58,802 nt of DNA from an uncultured Clostridia bacterium. Lineage in GTDB: Bacteria; Bacillota; Clostridia; TANB77; CAG-465. The DNA is taken from assembly GCA_944383035.1 (NCBI GenBank), contig CALWOE010000001.1, forward strand, positions 1-58,802, given 5' to 3'. How positions within the stretch are numbered: position 1 is the first letter of the stretch; every line of letters starts with the position of its first letter. Positions 49,139 through 57,829 of the stretch are shown one piece after another. The position numbers and the translations under genes are program-made. The notes under the pieces were generated by a model that was not told the origin of the DNA, searched no databases, and saw nothing but the letters and a program-made list of their open reading frames with translations.

Positions 49139-50221
49139 ATGTACAAAAGAAAAGGAATATCATTAATTACAATTATACTTATATGTATTGTTATAATAAT
49201 AGCAATTGCAATAATAACTAATATTGTAAACGATAAAAAAGAAGAAAACAGCTTAATAATTGACTATTCAACACCAAATACAATATCAGAAAAATTTGTT
49301 TATTTTTTAATAAATAATGACTTTGAAAATGCATTTAAATGTGTATACATACCAAATGATTCATATATAGATGTTAATGATTTTAAAGATTATATATTAA
49401 ATCATTCAAATTTAAGTATATTACCAAATGATAATGGATATGAGATTAAAAATTCATATGTAAATTCATCTGCAGATATGAACAGAGCGTGTGTCATTAC
49501 ATTAGAAAATAATAATAGAAAAGAAATGAAAATAACAATTAATACTACACAACAAAATAGTAATTGGATGATAAATCTCAATAATTTTAGTTCGCCTTTT
49601 AAATTTACTGTTCCAAAAGATTCTGATGTTTATTTAAGTGATTCTTTAGTAAATAAAAATTTAAAAGAAACAAAAGAAAATACTGATATATATTCTGTTC
49701 CATCAACATATTATTACGAAAAAGATGTAACAGTAAAAAATCAATTTGGTGAAACTAATGAAACTATAAATATAAATGAGACTTCACAATATGAGTTTGA
49801 AATATTACCAAGTGAAGATACTTTATCAAAAGCATATGAATTTATAAAACTTGCATTTAAAGATACTTACACAAATTATACAACAAACTTTGATGCATCA
49901 TATGTACAAAAATATTTTAATACTAGAATTAATGCCTCTTTTATTAAAGATTATTTAGATCAATTAACACTAAATAATTCCAGAAAAAATTTTGAAATAT
50001 CTTATATGAGTATTGACGAAAAAAATAAATCATACTGTATAAATTCAAATTTACTTAAATTAAATTTTGCTTACACAATGAGATATGGAAATAATGATGC
50101 AAATTCTATGTCAAAATATTCTACTATAACATTAGAGAAAATTAATGATACTTGGAAAATATATAACTTAGATGATAGTAAATTTTTAACTTATTTTAAT
50201 CCAAATATTAAAGAATTTTAA
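49139..50221 (+). CDS. Membrane-anchored hypothetical protein
   Basis: The start is moved to ATG 49139 (MYKRKGISLITIILICIVIIIAIAII). A single N-terminal TM is followed by a ~330-aa Asn-rich extracytoplasmic region. Confidence 0.55.
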   Translation: MYKRKGISLITIILICIVIIIAIAIITNIVNDKKEENSLIIDYSTPNTISEKFVYFLINNDFENAFKCVYIPNDSYIDVNDFKDYILNHSNLSILPNDNGYEIKNSYVNSSADMNRACVITLENNNRKEMKITINTTQQNSNWMINLNNFSSPFKFTVPKDSDVYLSDSLVNKNLKETKENTDIYSVPSTYYYEKDVTVKNQFGETNETININETSQYEFEILPSEDTLSKAYEFIKLAFKDTYTNYTTNFDASYVQKYFNTRINASFIKDYLDQLTLNNSRKNFEISYMSIDEKNKSYCINSNLLKLNFAYTMRYGNNDANSMSKYSTITLEKINDTWKIYNLDDSKFLTYFNPNIKEF

Positions 50222-50252
50222 CAATTAAAATATAAAATATACTAATTTTTAA

Positions 50253-50288
50253 CCCAAATTATAAATCTATTAGATTTTATAATTTGGG
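50253..50288. terminator. Bidirectional terminator between convergent genes
   Basis: CCCAAATTATAAATCT / AGATTTTATAATTTGGG long hairpin with one bulge. Confidence 0.7.
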
Positions 50289-50295
50289 CTTTTCT

Positions 50296-50988
50296 TTATT
50301 CTTGTAACATATTTAATGTATCTGATTTATCCAAATTTTCTATACCTTGTATATTATAATATGTTTGTGGTATATTTCCAATAATTACATTTTCAGCAAT
50401 AATGACATCATTAGAATAGTTAATTTTTTCACTTAAAAATGGTGCTACACACATCATATTAGCATTAATACTAAGATATATAGAATGTTTTGTTTGATTT
50501 ATACCAGTAGATTCAAAATTTGATTTAAATTTTATTTCTATTATGCCATCTGGTACAATTTTTACATTAAAGTCTGGTCCAAATCCACTAATTAATTTAA
50601 TTCCAAATAAATTACCTAGTGGATATTTTACTTTTAAAGTTTCCGTATTAGTTATATAATTTTGAATATCTGTTGAAAGTTTAGAAGAAAGTAAATTTAT
50701 TTTATTTACATTTGCTTTAATAGAATCAATATTACCATTTTCGTCTTTTTGTATAGTAACAAAATCATCATATTCAAGACTAGACATATTATTTTTAATT
50801 GTTTCATTTATTGCATTTAGAGCAAGTACTTTAACATTTGTATTAATAAGTGGTTCTAATGTTGGTACAATAACCATATTTATGATAAATAAAAAAAGTA
50901 TAACAACAAGAAATACATATATAAAAAAGACAAATGACTTTTTTAATTTCATTTGTCTAAATGTAAGCATATAATATTTTAATCTCAT
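50296..50988 (-). CDS. yunB: Sporulation protein YunB
   Basis: N-terminal TM plus the conserved YunB core (KYPLGNLFGIKLISGFGPDFNVKIVPDG ... INQTKHSIYLSINANMMCVAPF). Its ATG overlaps the upstream stop (TAATG). Confidence 0.75.
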   Translation of the reverse strand: MRLKYYMLTFRQMKLKKSFVFFIYVFLVVILFLFIINMVIVPTLEPLINTNVKVLALNAINETIKNNMSSLEYDDFVTIQKDENGNIDSIKANVNKINLLSSKLSTDIQNYITNTETLKVKYPLGNLFGIKLISGFGPDFNVKIVPDGIIEIKFKSNFESTGINQTKHSIYLSINANMMCVAPFLSEKINYSNDVIIAENVIIGNIPQTYYNIQGIENLDKSDTLNMLQE

Positions 50989-52523
50989 TATCTAATAATT
51001 AATATTTTTTCTCCCACATTAATAACATCTGGATTTTCTATATTATTAGTTTTAACTATTTTTTCAACACTTGTTTTGTATTTCTTTGCTATTTTCCATA
51101 AATTATCACCAGGTTTAACAACATAAATATTAATACTATCTAGAGTTGATATATCAAGTTTTTCATCTACAATATCTTTTATAATATCAAATAAAGATAC
51201 ATTCTCTATATGAGTATTTACATCTAAAATAAGTTTTACATCTAAATCACTACCACTTTGTGTAATAGTTACAGTTGCATCTTTTATTTCAACATTTGCT
51301 TTCATATTATCAGTATAGTTATCTATTTCAAATGTTTCATTTACTAATATATCTATTGTTTTACCACTTAGCACTCCAGTTGAAATATCTTGTAATAATA
51401 ACACTACCTTTGCATTTCCTTCTAAAGTAACCATATTTTGATTTTGTCTTGGTACTATACTTGTTGTATCTATATAATAATCTAGTAATTTTGTATTTTC
51501 TGGTAAAATATTTACTAATTTATCTTTTATTTCAAAGTCTTTATTATAATCTACATCTTTTGTTACAACATCTACACTCATACTATCATAATTTAACATT
51601 CTTGTTTGACTATAAAAATCTTCTATATATTCAACATCCATATCTTCATAAAGCGTAGTATTTGCCTCTATTTGATAATCTACATTTATTGTTTTATTTG
51701 TTGTAATATCATCATTTAATCTAAAATTAAAATCTTTTAACAGATATTCAATATCAAATTTAGAATTATCATTAATATTGCTAAATTCTATCATTGCAGA
51801 AAACGGAACCGAAACATTAGTTTTTTTAATATTTTCACTTTCATTATTTGCTGTGTATAATATTTTTAAATTCAAATCTCCTTTTACCATTATTTTATTA
51901 TAACTTTCTTTTAATTCAGTATTTGAAATACTTGTATCTATACGTAAAATTTCAAATAAATCTTCTGCTTCTTTAGGTAACATCACATCATCATGAGATG
52001 CTATTATACTTTTTTTATCTTGTATAATATTTTTAAATGTTTGATTGTTCCTTTTACATTCTATACTATCTTCACAATCAAAATCTGTAATTAATGATAT
52101 CTTTTCTTTATTTTTTATTTTAACTTTAAATAATATTTCTGTTTTTACACTGATTTTTCTTTCATTTGGTAGAGAATATATAATATTTTTTGTAAATGGT
52201 TTTATTATTATATTATAATCTTTATTTACATCTTTAATATCTAAAATTTCTTCGTATGGATGAGTTACAAATAATCCTCTTGTGTTATATTTTTCATCAT
52301 CAACACCATAAATTATATAATAATTTATCTTACCAGTTACTTTTATTTTATTTTCCATAACTTCAAAATCAGAAATATATGGAAATGCACTTACATTAAT
52401 TATTTTCATAGCATCAGGTTTTGTATCTGGTACAATAATATCCTGTTCAATCCATTTTGCAATATCTATATATTTTGTACATTTATTTAAAAACAACTCA
52501 TTTTTATTTGTATTTATTTGCAT
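50988..52523 (-). CDS. DUF3794-repeat protein with C-terminal LysM domain (SipL/SpoVID-like spore morphogenetic protein)
   Basis: C-terminal LysM YVVKPGDNLWKIAKKYKTSVEKIVKTNNIENPDVINVGEKILI. At 511 aa its size and architecture resemble clostridial SipL. Confidence 0.7.
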   Translation of the reverse strand: MQINTNKNELFLNKCTKYIDIAKWIEQDIIVPDTKPDAMKIINVSAFPYISDFEVMENKIKVTGKINYYIIYGVDDEKYNTRGLFVTHPYEEILDIKDVNKDYNIIIKPFTKNIIYSLPNERKISVKTEILFKVKIKNKEKISLITDFDCEDSIECKRNNQTFKNIIQDKKSIIASHDDVMLPKEAEDLFEILRIDTSISNTELKESYNKIMVKGDLNLKILYTANNESENIKKTNVSVPFSAMIEFSNINDNSKFDIEYLLKDFNFRLNDDITTNKTINVDYQIEANTTLYEDMDVEYIEDFYSQTRMLNYDSMSVDVVTKDVDYNKDFEIKDKLVNILPENTKLLDYYIDTTSIVPRQNQNMVTLEGNAKVVLLLQDISTGVLSGKTIDILVNETFEIDNYTDNMKANVEIKDATVTITQSGSDLDVKLILDVNTHIENVSLFDIIKDIVDEKLDISTLDSINIYVVKPGDNLWKIAKKYKTSVEKIVKTNNIENPDVINVGEKILIIR

Positions 52524-52753
52524 TCTTAATCCCCCTTAAATATTTCTAGTACAATATATGATAATTACAAATAAATATGATAAAAATATTTTATATTTGT
52601 AACTTTATCTTAAAAATATTCATAATATTATATTAGTTAAATAAATTTTTATTTAACATTAGATATTTATCTTTAACTATAACTTTTCTATAAATAAAAT
52701 TAATAATATATACTATATAATCTCCTTAATTTAATATTTAATATTTAATATAT

Positions 52754-52793
52754 AAAAACAGAAGTGGTTACATTTAAACCACTTCTGTTTTTT
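52754..52793 (-). terminator. Terminator after the 184-aa gene
   Basis: Minus strand ACAGAAGTGGTT-N7-AACCACTTCTGT followed by TTTTT. Confidence 0.75.
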
Positions 52794-53346
52794 AATGATT
52801 AGCTAAAATCTTTATTTGTTCTGTTGGTAACTTATTTTGAATTTCAGCATATTTTTTATTACTAATTAATTTAAATGGTAATACTTCTTCTTGAATTGTA
52901 TAGACAGCATTTAAAGCATCACAATAAAGAAAATATTTCTCTTGAGTAATCTTATTAGAATATACTAAATTAAATACTTCTTTAAAATAAAATTCCTTCC
53001 GTTCTGAAATTTTTTTGTATTCTTGTAAAAAATCAGATTTATTTAAAGCTAAAATTTTATTTATTTCTTTAAGTACTTCGATTGAACCACAAAGAATAAT
53101 TTGTCTAAATGTCGGTTCTTCTTTTAATTTAGAAAAACTTAATTTTTGTTCTTCAGTTAAAACAACATTTTCTAAATCTGTTTCATAATTTAAAATACAG
53201 TAGATTCTTTCTACATAAAATTTACAGCGATATGCATATTCTTCCCAATACATAGAATAATTCTTATCATTTAAACTATTTGATTTAGCTTTTTTCCATG
53301 CCAAATTAATAAAGTCCAACATAATACTAATTTTTTGACTTTCCAT
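52792..53346 (-). CDS. Hypothetical 184-aa cytoplasmic protein
   Basis: GGAGG RBS, its own strong promoter and its own terminator. I recognise no family motif. Confidence 0.6.
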   Translation of the reverse strand: MESQKISIMLDFINLAWKKAKSNSLNDKNYSMYWEEYAYRCKFYVERIYCILNYETDLENVVLTEEQKLSFSKLKEEPTFRQIILCGSIEVLKEINKILALNKSDFLQEYKKISERKEFYFKEVFNLVYSNKITQEKYFLYCDALNAVYTIQEEVLPFKLISNKKYAEIQNKLPTEQIKILANH

Positions 53347-53430
53347 ATAACTTTCCTCCTAAATAAAATATTTATTCGGAGATTTACTCTCCGAATAGTT
53401 TTCAGAGAGTTAAAAATAACTCGTTACTGT

Positions 53431-53460
53431 ATTATAGCACATTTTCAATATTTATGTCAA
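53431..53460 (-). promoter_or_regulatory. Strong sigma-A-type promoter of the 184-aa gene
   Basis: Minus strand TTGACA, 18-nt spacer, TGcTATAAT (extended -10). The ~85-nt leader has hairpins GAGTTA-N5-TAACTC and TTCGGAGA-N5-TCTCCGAA. Confidence 0.6.
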
Positions 53461-53482
53461 ATGTGATGTATTAAAATTGCAT

Positions 53483-53513
53483 AAAAAAAGAACAACATAT
53501 ACAAGTTGTTCTG
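53483..53513 (-). terminator. Terminator of veg
   Basis: Minus strand AGAACAAC-N8-GTTGTTCT followed by TTTTTTT. Confidence 0.75.
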
Positions 53514-53530
53514 CCCTCTTATAATCACCT

Positions 53531-53815
53531 TTATAATCTAGTATACTTTGGTGTTGAAAAATCATAATTAGTAATTACCTCACCAGTTGGTAAGCTTAAT
53601 TCCAAAGTATTTGTAACTAAGTCAGTATAACTATATGATAATTTATTTGATGTATCATTTTCTTTAAATACAAATAAATTAGGATATATACTATCAATGA
53701 CACCTCTTCTATAAATACATTTGTTTCTTCCAACATTTGCTTTTACAAAAATTTCTTGACCAACATAACTTTCAACGTCATTTCTAATTTTTGACAATGC
53801 TTCTTTAGATACCAT
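53531..53815 (-). CDS. veg: Veg protein
   Basis: LSKIRNDVESYVGQEIFVKANVGRNKCIYRRGVIDSIYPNLFVF matches the conserved Veg family. 94 aa. Confidence 0.9.
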   Translation of the reverse strand: MVSKEALSKIRNDVESYVGQEIFVKANVGRNKCIYRRGVIDSIYPNLFVFKENDTSNKLSYSYTDLVTNTLELSLPTGEVITNYDFSTPKYTRL

Positions 53816-53849
53816 TCATATCACCTCATATACCAATCTTATGTAACAA

Positions 53850-53878
53850 ATTATACCACCATTTAATGGATAAGTCAA
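53850..53878 (-). promoter_or_regulatory. veg promoter
   Basis: Minus strand TTGACT, 17-nt spacer, TGgTATAAT (consensus with extended -10). Confidence 0.7.
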
Positions 53879-53997
53879 AGAAAAAACTTGTCCAAAGTAC
53901 CAAATATTACAAAAATATGTAAACAAAAGTTTAAGTTTTTATTAACTTCCAAACTATTGTTTACATACAATTTTATAATATTAAATTTATGTTACTA

Positions 53998-55266
53998 TTA
54001 CTTTGAAGTATTAATATATTCTATTGCTCTATTTAACTGAGTATCTTGATCACGAGGAACAAGTAAAGTACTTGTTATATTCTCTGGAAGCTTTACTTCT
54101 ATATTAGGTTCAATTCCATTTTTATGAATCTCAACTCCACTTGCAGTATAATATTTAGCAGTAGTTATTTCTAAAGCACCTCTTAAAGAAAGTCTTTGAA
54201 TTGTTTGAACAATACCTTTTCCATAAGTTTTCTCACCAACTAAAACTCCTCTATTTGAATCTTTTATTGCACCTGATAAAATTTCTGCAGCACTAGCACT
54301 ACTAGAATTTGTTAGAACAGCAATTGGTAAGTCAATTTTTTCATTATCTGTACTTGTATATTTTTCTTCTGAGCCATCTTTCCTTACTAATTTTACTATA
54401 TCACATTTTGGAAGTATAAAATCAGCTAGAGCTACTGCTTCATCAACAAGTCCACCAGGATTATTTCTAAGATCAATTATAATTCCTTTTAAATTATTAT
54501 TTGATTTTTCCAAAAGTTTATTATATTCTGCTTTAAATTGATCAGTAACGCCATTATCAAAAGACCATATTTTTATATATGCAATATTTCCATCTAATAA
54601 TTCAGATTCCGTATTATTCGTAGCTATAATCTTTCTTGTAACTTCTTTATCAAAAGTTTCATTACCACGTTTTATAGTAAGTTTTACTTTTGTATTTTCT
54701 TCTCCTTTTAATGCATCTACACTTTTTGCATAATTTTCTTTTGTAACAGTTTCTCCCTCTACTTTTATAATTAAATCACCTTTTTGAAGACCAGCTTCTG
54801 CTGCAGGACTATCTGGCATAATTCCAACTATTATAATTGCATTATTTGTACTATCAAATGATATATGTGTGCCTAAACCACCATATTTGTCTTTATCACC
54901 TGAATTTAATACTTCTTCAAATTCTTCATCAGTTAGATACTGAGTATATGGATCTTCTGTTGCAGCAGCCATTCCTGAAATAGCACCATCTACTAATTTA
55001 TCTACATTAAATTCTTCTATATGCTCGTTTCTAATTCTATTTAATGCCTCTTTAAATCTATATACAGCTTTTTGTTCTAATGTGTCTCCTTCAGATAAAC
55101 TAGAATTACCTGTTATAAGTGGCAATGCTATATATATAAATGAAGCAAAAACTGCAACAACAATTATTATAACAAGAGATATAGTCAGTGCATCAGTTAT
55201 TATTCTACCCTTATCTATTTTAAATTTTCTTTTATTATTATTATTATTAAAATCTTCTTCCATCAT
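53998..55266 (-). CDS. S41-family carboxy-terminal processing peptidase with PDZ domain
   Basis: N-terminal TM, PDZ region (GLQKGDLIIKVEGE), catalytic blocks NSSSASAAEILSGA and KGIVQ. 422 aa. Confidence 0.9.
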   Translation of the reverse strand: MMEEDFNNNNNKRKFKIDKGRIITDALTISLVIIIVVAVFASFIYIALPLITGNSSLSEGDTLEQKAVYRFKEALNRIRNEHIEEFNVDKLVDGAISGMAAATEDPYTQYLTDEEFEEVLNSGDKDKYGGLGTHISFDSTNNAIIIVGIMPDSPAAEAGLQKGDLIIKVEGETVTKENYAKSVDALKGEENTKVKLTIKRGNETFDKEVTRKIIATNNTESELLDGNIAYIKIWSFDNGVTDQFKAEYNKLLEKSNNNLKGIIIDLRNNPGGLVDEAVALADFILPKCDIVKLVRKDGSEEKYTSTDNEKIDLPIAVLTNSSSASAAEILSGAIKDSNRGVLVGEKTYGKGIVQTIQRLSLRGALEITTAKYYTASGVEIHKNGIEPNIEVKLPENITSTLLVPRDQDTQLNRAIEYINTSK

Positions 55267-55288
55267 ATCACCTTAAATTCACTAAAAT

Positions 55289-55317
55289 ATTATATATTAT
55301 ATTACAACTTTAGTCAA
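55289..55317 (-). promoter_or_regulatory. Promoter of the S41 peptidase gene
   Basis: Minus strand TTGACT, 17-nt spacer, TATAAT. Confidence 0.55.
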
Positions 55318-55330
55318 TATATCACTAAAC

Positions 55331-55365
55331 AAAAAGAAAAAGCCTTGAAATAAATCAAAGCTTTT
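55331..55365 (-). terminator. Terminator closing the tRNA-like RNA unit
   Basis: Minus strand AAAGCTTTGA-TTTATT-TCAAGGCTTT (10-bp stem, one mismatch) followed by a T-rich tract (TTCTTTTT). Confidence 0.7.
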
Positions 55366-55374
55366 CTGAAGGGA

Positions 55375-55482
55375 TGAGAGTAATTGGAGTCGAACCAATT
55401 ATTTAAATTAAAAAATTTCGTGGAAATGATGGTCAATTAAGCTTTGTTTTCAAAAAGAATTTAAATATAACCGTATACTCTC
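55375..55482 (-). ncRNA. tRNA-like RNA 1 (108 nt): acceptor stem plus T-arm, no D-stem, anticodon arm replaced by a 10-bp helix and a 48-nt insert
   Basis: The minus strand reads GAGAGTA-TACGGTTA-TATTTAAATT-[48 nt]-AATTTAAATA-ATTGG-TTCGACT-CCAAT-TACTCTC-A. The 7-bp acceptor is perfect. The T-arm is canonical (5-bp stem, TTCGACT loop). GG is present in the D-region. No CCA is encoded. Confidence 0.5.
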
Positions 55483-55490
55483 AAGACAAA

Positions 55491-55628
55491 TGGAGAAAGT
55501 AGTTGGGATTGAACCAACATTTTAGACTTTAATGACATCTACATAGAACGGGGTACTATCGTGGCAAAATTTGTTGTATACATCATTTTATTTAAGTCTA
55601 GTGTACTACCAGTTTGTACTATACTTTC
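55491..55628 (-). ncRNA. tRNA-like RNA 2 (138 nt): acceptor, D-arm, T-arm and encoded CCA, with the anticodon loop replaced by a 64-nt insert
   Basis: The minus strand reads GAAAGTA-TA-GTAC-AAACTGGTA-GTAC-AC-TAGACTT-[64 nt]-AAGTCTA-AAAT-GTTGG-TTCAATC-CCAAC-TACTTTC-T-CCA. The acceptor, D-stem and T-stem are all perfect. U8, G18G19 and the T54-C56 equivalents are present. Confidence 0.55.
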
Positions 55629-55686
55629 AAAATAACTAAAACCAATTTTACTAATAAAAAAATTATAAATATATTAATGTAGATAT

Positions 55687-55715
55687 ATATTATCATAATT
55701 AAATATAAAAGTCAA
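55687..55715 (-). promoter_or_regulatory. Candidate promoter of the tRNA-like RNA unit
   Basis: Minus strand TTGACT, 17-nt spacer, TAATAT, about 55 nt upstream of the 5' acceptor strand of tRNA-like RNA 2. It is divergent from the rpsU promoter. Confidence 0.45.
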
Positions 55716-55754
55716 GTTTTTTTATGTAATTTTCAACTTTTATATATGACAGTC

Positions 55755-55783
55755 TTGACTTATATTGCAAATTATTGTATAAT
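55755..55783 (+). promoter_or_regulatory. rpsU promoter
   Basis: TTGACT, 17-nt spacer, TATAAT. Confidence 0.65.
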
Positions 55784-55853
55784 TTAATAGTAAAATTTGA
55801 AATACTTATGAAAATGAATTTAGGTATTTCCCACTGGAAGGAGGGAAAATAGA

Positions 55854-56027
55854 ATGCCAGGTATAAAAATAAAAGATAACGAAAGTTTAGATAATGCATT
55901 AGCAAGATTCAAAAAACAATGCGCTAAATATGGTGTTCTTGCTGAAATACGTAAAAGAGAACATTATGAAAAGCCTAGTGTAAAAAGAAAGAAAAAATCA
56001 GAAGCTGCAAGGAAAAGAAAACATTAA
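55854..56027 (+). CDS. rpsU: 30S ribosomal protein S21
   Basis: It is not in the ORF track because it is under 60 aa. [57 protein letters not shown], with an AAGGAGG RBS. Confidence 0.93.
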   Translation: MPGIKIKDNESLDNALARFKKQCAKYGVLAEIRKREHYEKPSVKRKKKSEAARKRKH

Positions 56028-56075
56028 TAGCAATGTATAGATAGTACTTTTCTATTAATTTTTATATGATAGAAT

Positions 56076-56115
56076 AAAAGAGTTTGAAACAAATATATTT
56101 CAAACTCTTTTTTTA
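56076..56115. terminator. Bidirectional terminator between rpsU (+) and rluB (-)
   Basis: AAGAGTTTGAAA-N8-TTTCAAACTCTT flanked by A and T runs. Confidence 0.8.
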
Positions 56116-56124
56116 TAAATTTTA

Positions 56125-56817
56125 TTATTCAAAAATTTTCTTTAAATCTTCTTTTTTTAAATATCTATAAGTACCAAGTTTTAAGTTACCAAGTTCTAAA
56201 TGACCTATACTTATCCTTTTTAAATTTAATACTTTAAGACCAACAGCCTTACACATTTTTCTTACTTGTCTATTTTTCCCCTCACTTATCTTTATTTCTA
56301 TTATATCTTTAGCTATTAATCTTACTTTGGCTTCTTTAGTAATATATCCTCCTATATCTACTCCATGTGTTAACCTAAATATCATATCTTTGGTAACATT
56401 TTTATTTAATTTTACTATATATGTCTTATATATTTTATTTTTAGGATGCATTAGTTTATTTGAAAACTCTCCATCATTTGTAAATAAAAGTAATCCTTCC
56501 GTATCCATATCAAGTCTGCCAATCGGAAATACTCTTATATTTTCTTTTATTAAATCTAAAGTACATTTTCTACCAAATTGTTCATTATTTGTTGTTATAT
56601 ATCCTATTGGTTTATTTAACATTATATAAACTTTATCATTATTTATTTTAATAACATTATTATTTAACATTACTATATCTTTAGTTTCATCTATAATTGT
56701 TGCCAAGTCAAAAATTACTTTTCCGTTTACTTTCACTTTTCCATTTTTTATATATTCCTCTGCTTTTCTTCTTGAACAAACTCCACTAGATGAAATATAT
56801 TTATTTATTCTTATCAT
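56125..56817 (-). CDS. rluB: RsuA/RluB-family pseudouridine synthase with S4 domain
   Basis: N-terminal S4 (RINKYISSSGVCSRRKAEEYIKNGKVKVNG). Catalytic GRLDMDTEGLLLFTNDG. Confidence 0.85.
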   Translation of the reverse strand: MIRINKYISSSGVCSRRKAEEYIKNGKVKVNGKVIFDLATIIDETKDIVMLNNNVIKINNDKVYIMLNKPIGYITTNNEQFGRKCTLDLIKENIRVFPIGRLDMDTEGLLLFTNDGEFSNKLMHPKNKIYKTYIVKLNKNVTKDMIFRLTHGVDIGGYITKEAKVRLIAKDIIEIKISEGKNRQVRKMCKAVGLKVLNLKRISIGHLELGNLKLGTYRYLKKEDLKKIFE

Positions 56818-56908
56818 AAAATCCTCACAAATCTAAATTACTAGCATAATATATATTAATCATAAGCTTATGTTCATATATATTTTTGATACGCCAAAAG
56901 GCGTATCA

Positions 56909-57829
56909 TTATTTTTCTTTTTTTTCTAAAATTTCTATTAAATCTTCAAAATATTTTGGAAGATTACTATCAAATTCAACATATTTATTTGTTGTTGGAT
57001 GGATAAAACCAAGTGTTTTTGCATGTAATACTTGTCCATTTATTTTAAATTTTGAATCTTTTTTTCCATAAACACTATCTCCTAAAAGTGGATATCCCAT
57101 ATATGCCATATGTACTCTTATTTGATGAGTTCTTCCTGTCTCTAAAGTAGCTTCAACTAAAGTTAAATTTGAATTATAAAATCTTTTTAGAACTTTTATA
57201 TGAGTAACAGCATTTTTAGAATTTTTATTTGTTACAGCCATCTTTTTCCTATCTTTTTCAGATCTTCCAATTGGTAAATCTATATCCATAGTATCTTTTT
57301 TTACAATGCCTTTTACTATAGCAATATATTTTCTTGTTATACTATGTTCTTTAAATTGACTAGAAAGCTTTTTATGAGCATTATCATTTTTAGCTACTAC
57401 TATAATTCCCGATGTATCTTTATCAATTCTATGTACTATTCCTGGTCTTACAATACCATTTATTGATGATAAATTATTTTTATGAGAATACATTAGTGAA
57501 TTTACTACTGTACCTGTATAATTTCCATTTGCAGGATGTACTACCATTCCTTTTTCTTTATTTATAATAATTATATCATCATCTTCATAAATAATATTAA
57601 GTGGTATATTTTCTTCTTTAATATCAAGTAATTCATCTTTAGGTATAGTAACTACTATTTTATCTTTATTTTTTAATTTATATCCAGATTTTTCTTTTTT
57701 ACCATTTACTAATACATTTCCAGATACAATAAGTGTTTTTATATAACTTCTTGTACGATCTTTAATATTTTCACTTAAATAAATATCAAGTCTTTTTTTT
57801 GCATTTTCAGAATCTATAATAAACTCCAT
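56909..57829 (-). CDS. rluD: RluA/RluD-family 23S rRNA pseudouridine synthase
   Basis: S4 domain plus HRIDKDTSGIIVVAKN catalytic motif and GRTHQIRVH block. 306 aa. Confidence 0.9.
   Translation of the reverse strand: MEFIIDSENAKKRLDIYLSENIKDRTRSYIKTLIVSGNVLVNGKKEKSGYKLKNKDKIVVTIPKDELLDIKEENIPLNIIYEDDDIIIINKEKGMVVHPANGNYTGTVVNSLMYSHKNNLSSINGIVRPGIVHRIDKDTSGIIVVAKNDNAHKKLSSQFKEHSITRKYIAIVKGIVKKDTMDIDLPIGRSEKDRKKMAVTNKNSKNAVTHIKVLKRFYNSNLTLVEATLETGRTHQIRVHMAYMGYPLLGDSVYGKKDSKFKINGQVLHAKTLGFIHPTTNKYVEFDSNLPKYFEDLIEILEKKEK

Noticed and set aside
45638-52793. Similar terminator arms after rpsI (ACAGAAGT...ACTTCTGT) and after the 184-aa gene (ACAGAAGTGGTT...AACCACTTCTGT).
   Set aside because: The shared core is only 8 nt and the loops and contexts differ. 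This is probably coincidence or a generic terminator composition rather than a repeat family.
55375-55628. I considered whether the tRNA-like pair could be canonical tRNAs, tRNA-Leu(UAA) with a group I intron, tmRNA, or YrlA-type Y RNA.
   Set aside because: No 7-nt anticodon loop closed by a 5-bp stem exists in either element. The 48-64-nt inserts are far too small for group I introns. RNA 2 has a short variable region, which is incompatible with tRNA-Leu. There is no G3-U70 pair and no tag reading frame ending in a typical degron, so tmRNA does not fit. YrlA has the opposite topology, with its ends in the Ro-binding stem and its acceptor closed by a loop. They are therefore kept as unclassified tRNA-like RNAs.
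55827-55848. A hairpin TTTCCC-N10-GGGAAA overlapping the rpsU Shine-Dalgarno. It might be an autoregulatory element.
   Set aside because: It has only 6 bp and only partly covers the SD. I cannot match it to any known S21 leader, so it is too weak to report as a finding.
55699-55905. A 68-aa minus-strand ORF from the track.
   Set aside because: It overlaps the rpsU promoter, leader and 5' coding region on the opposite strand. It has no RBS, and its hydrophobic low-complexity sequence suggests it is spurious.
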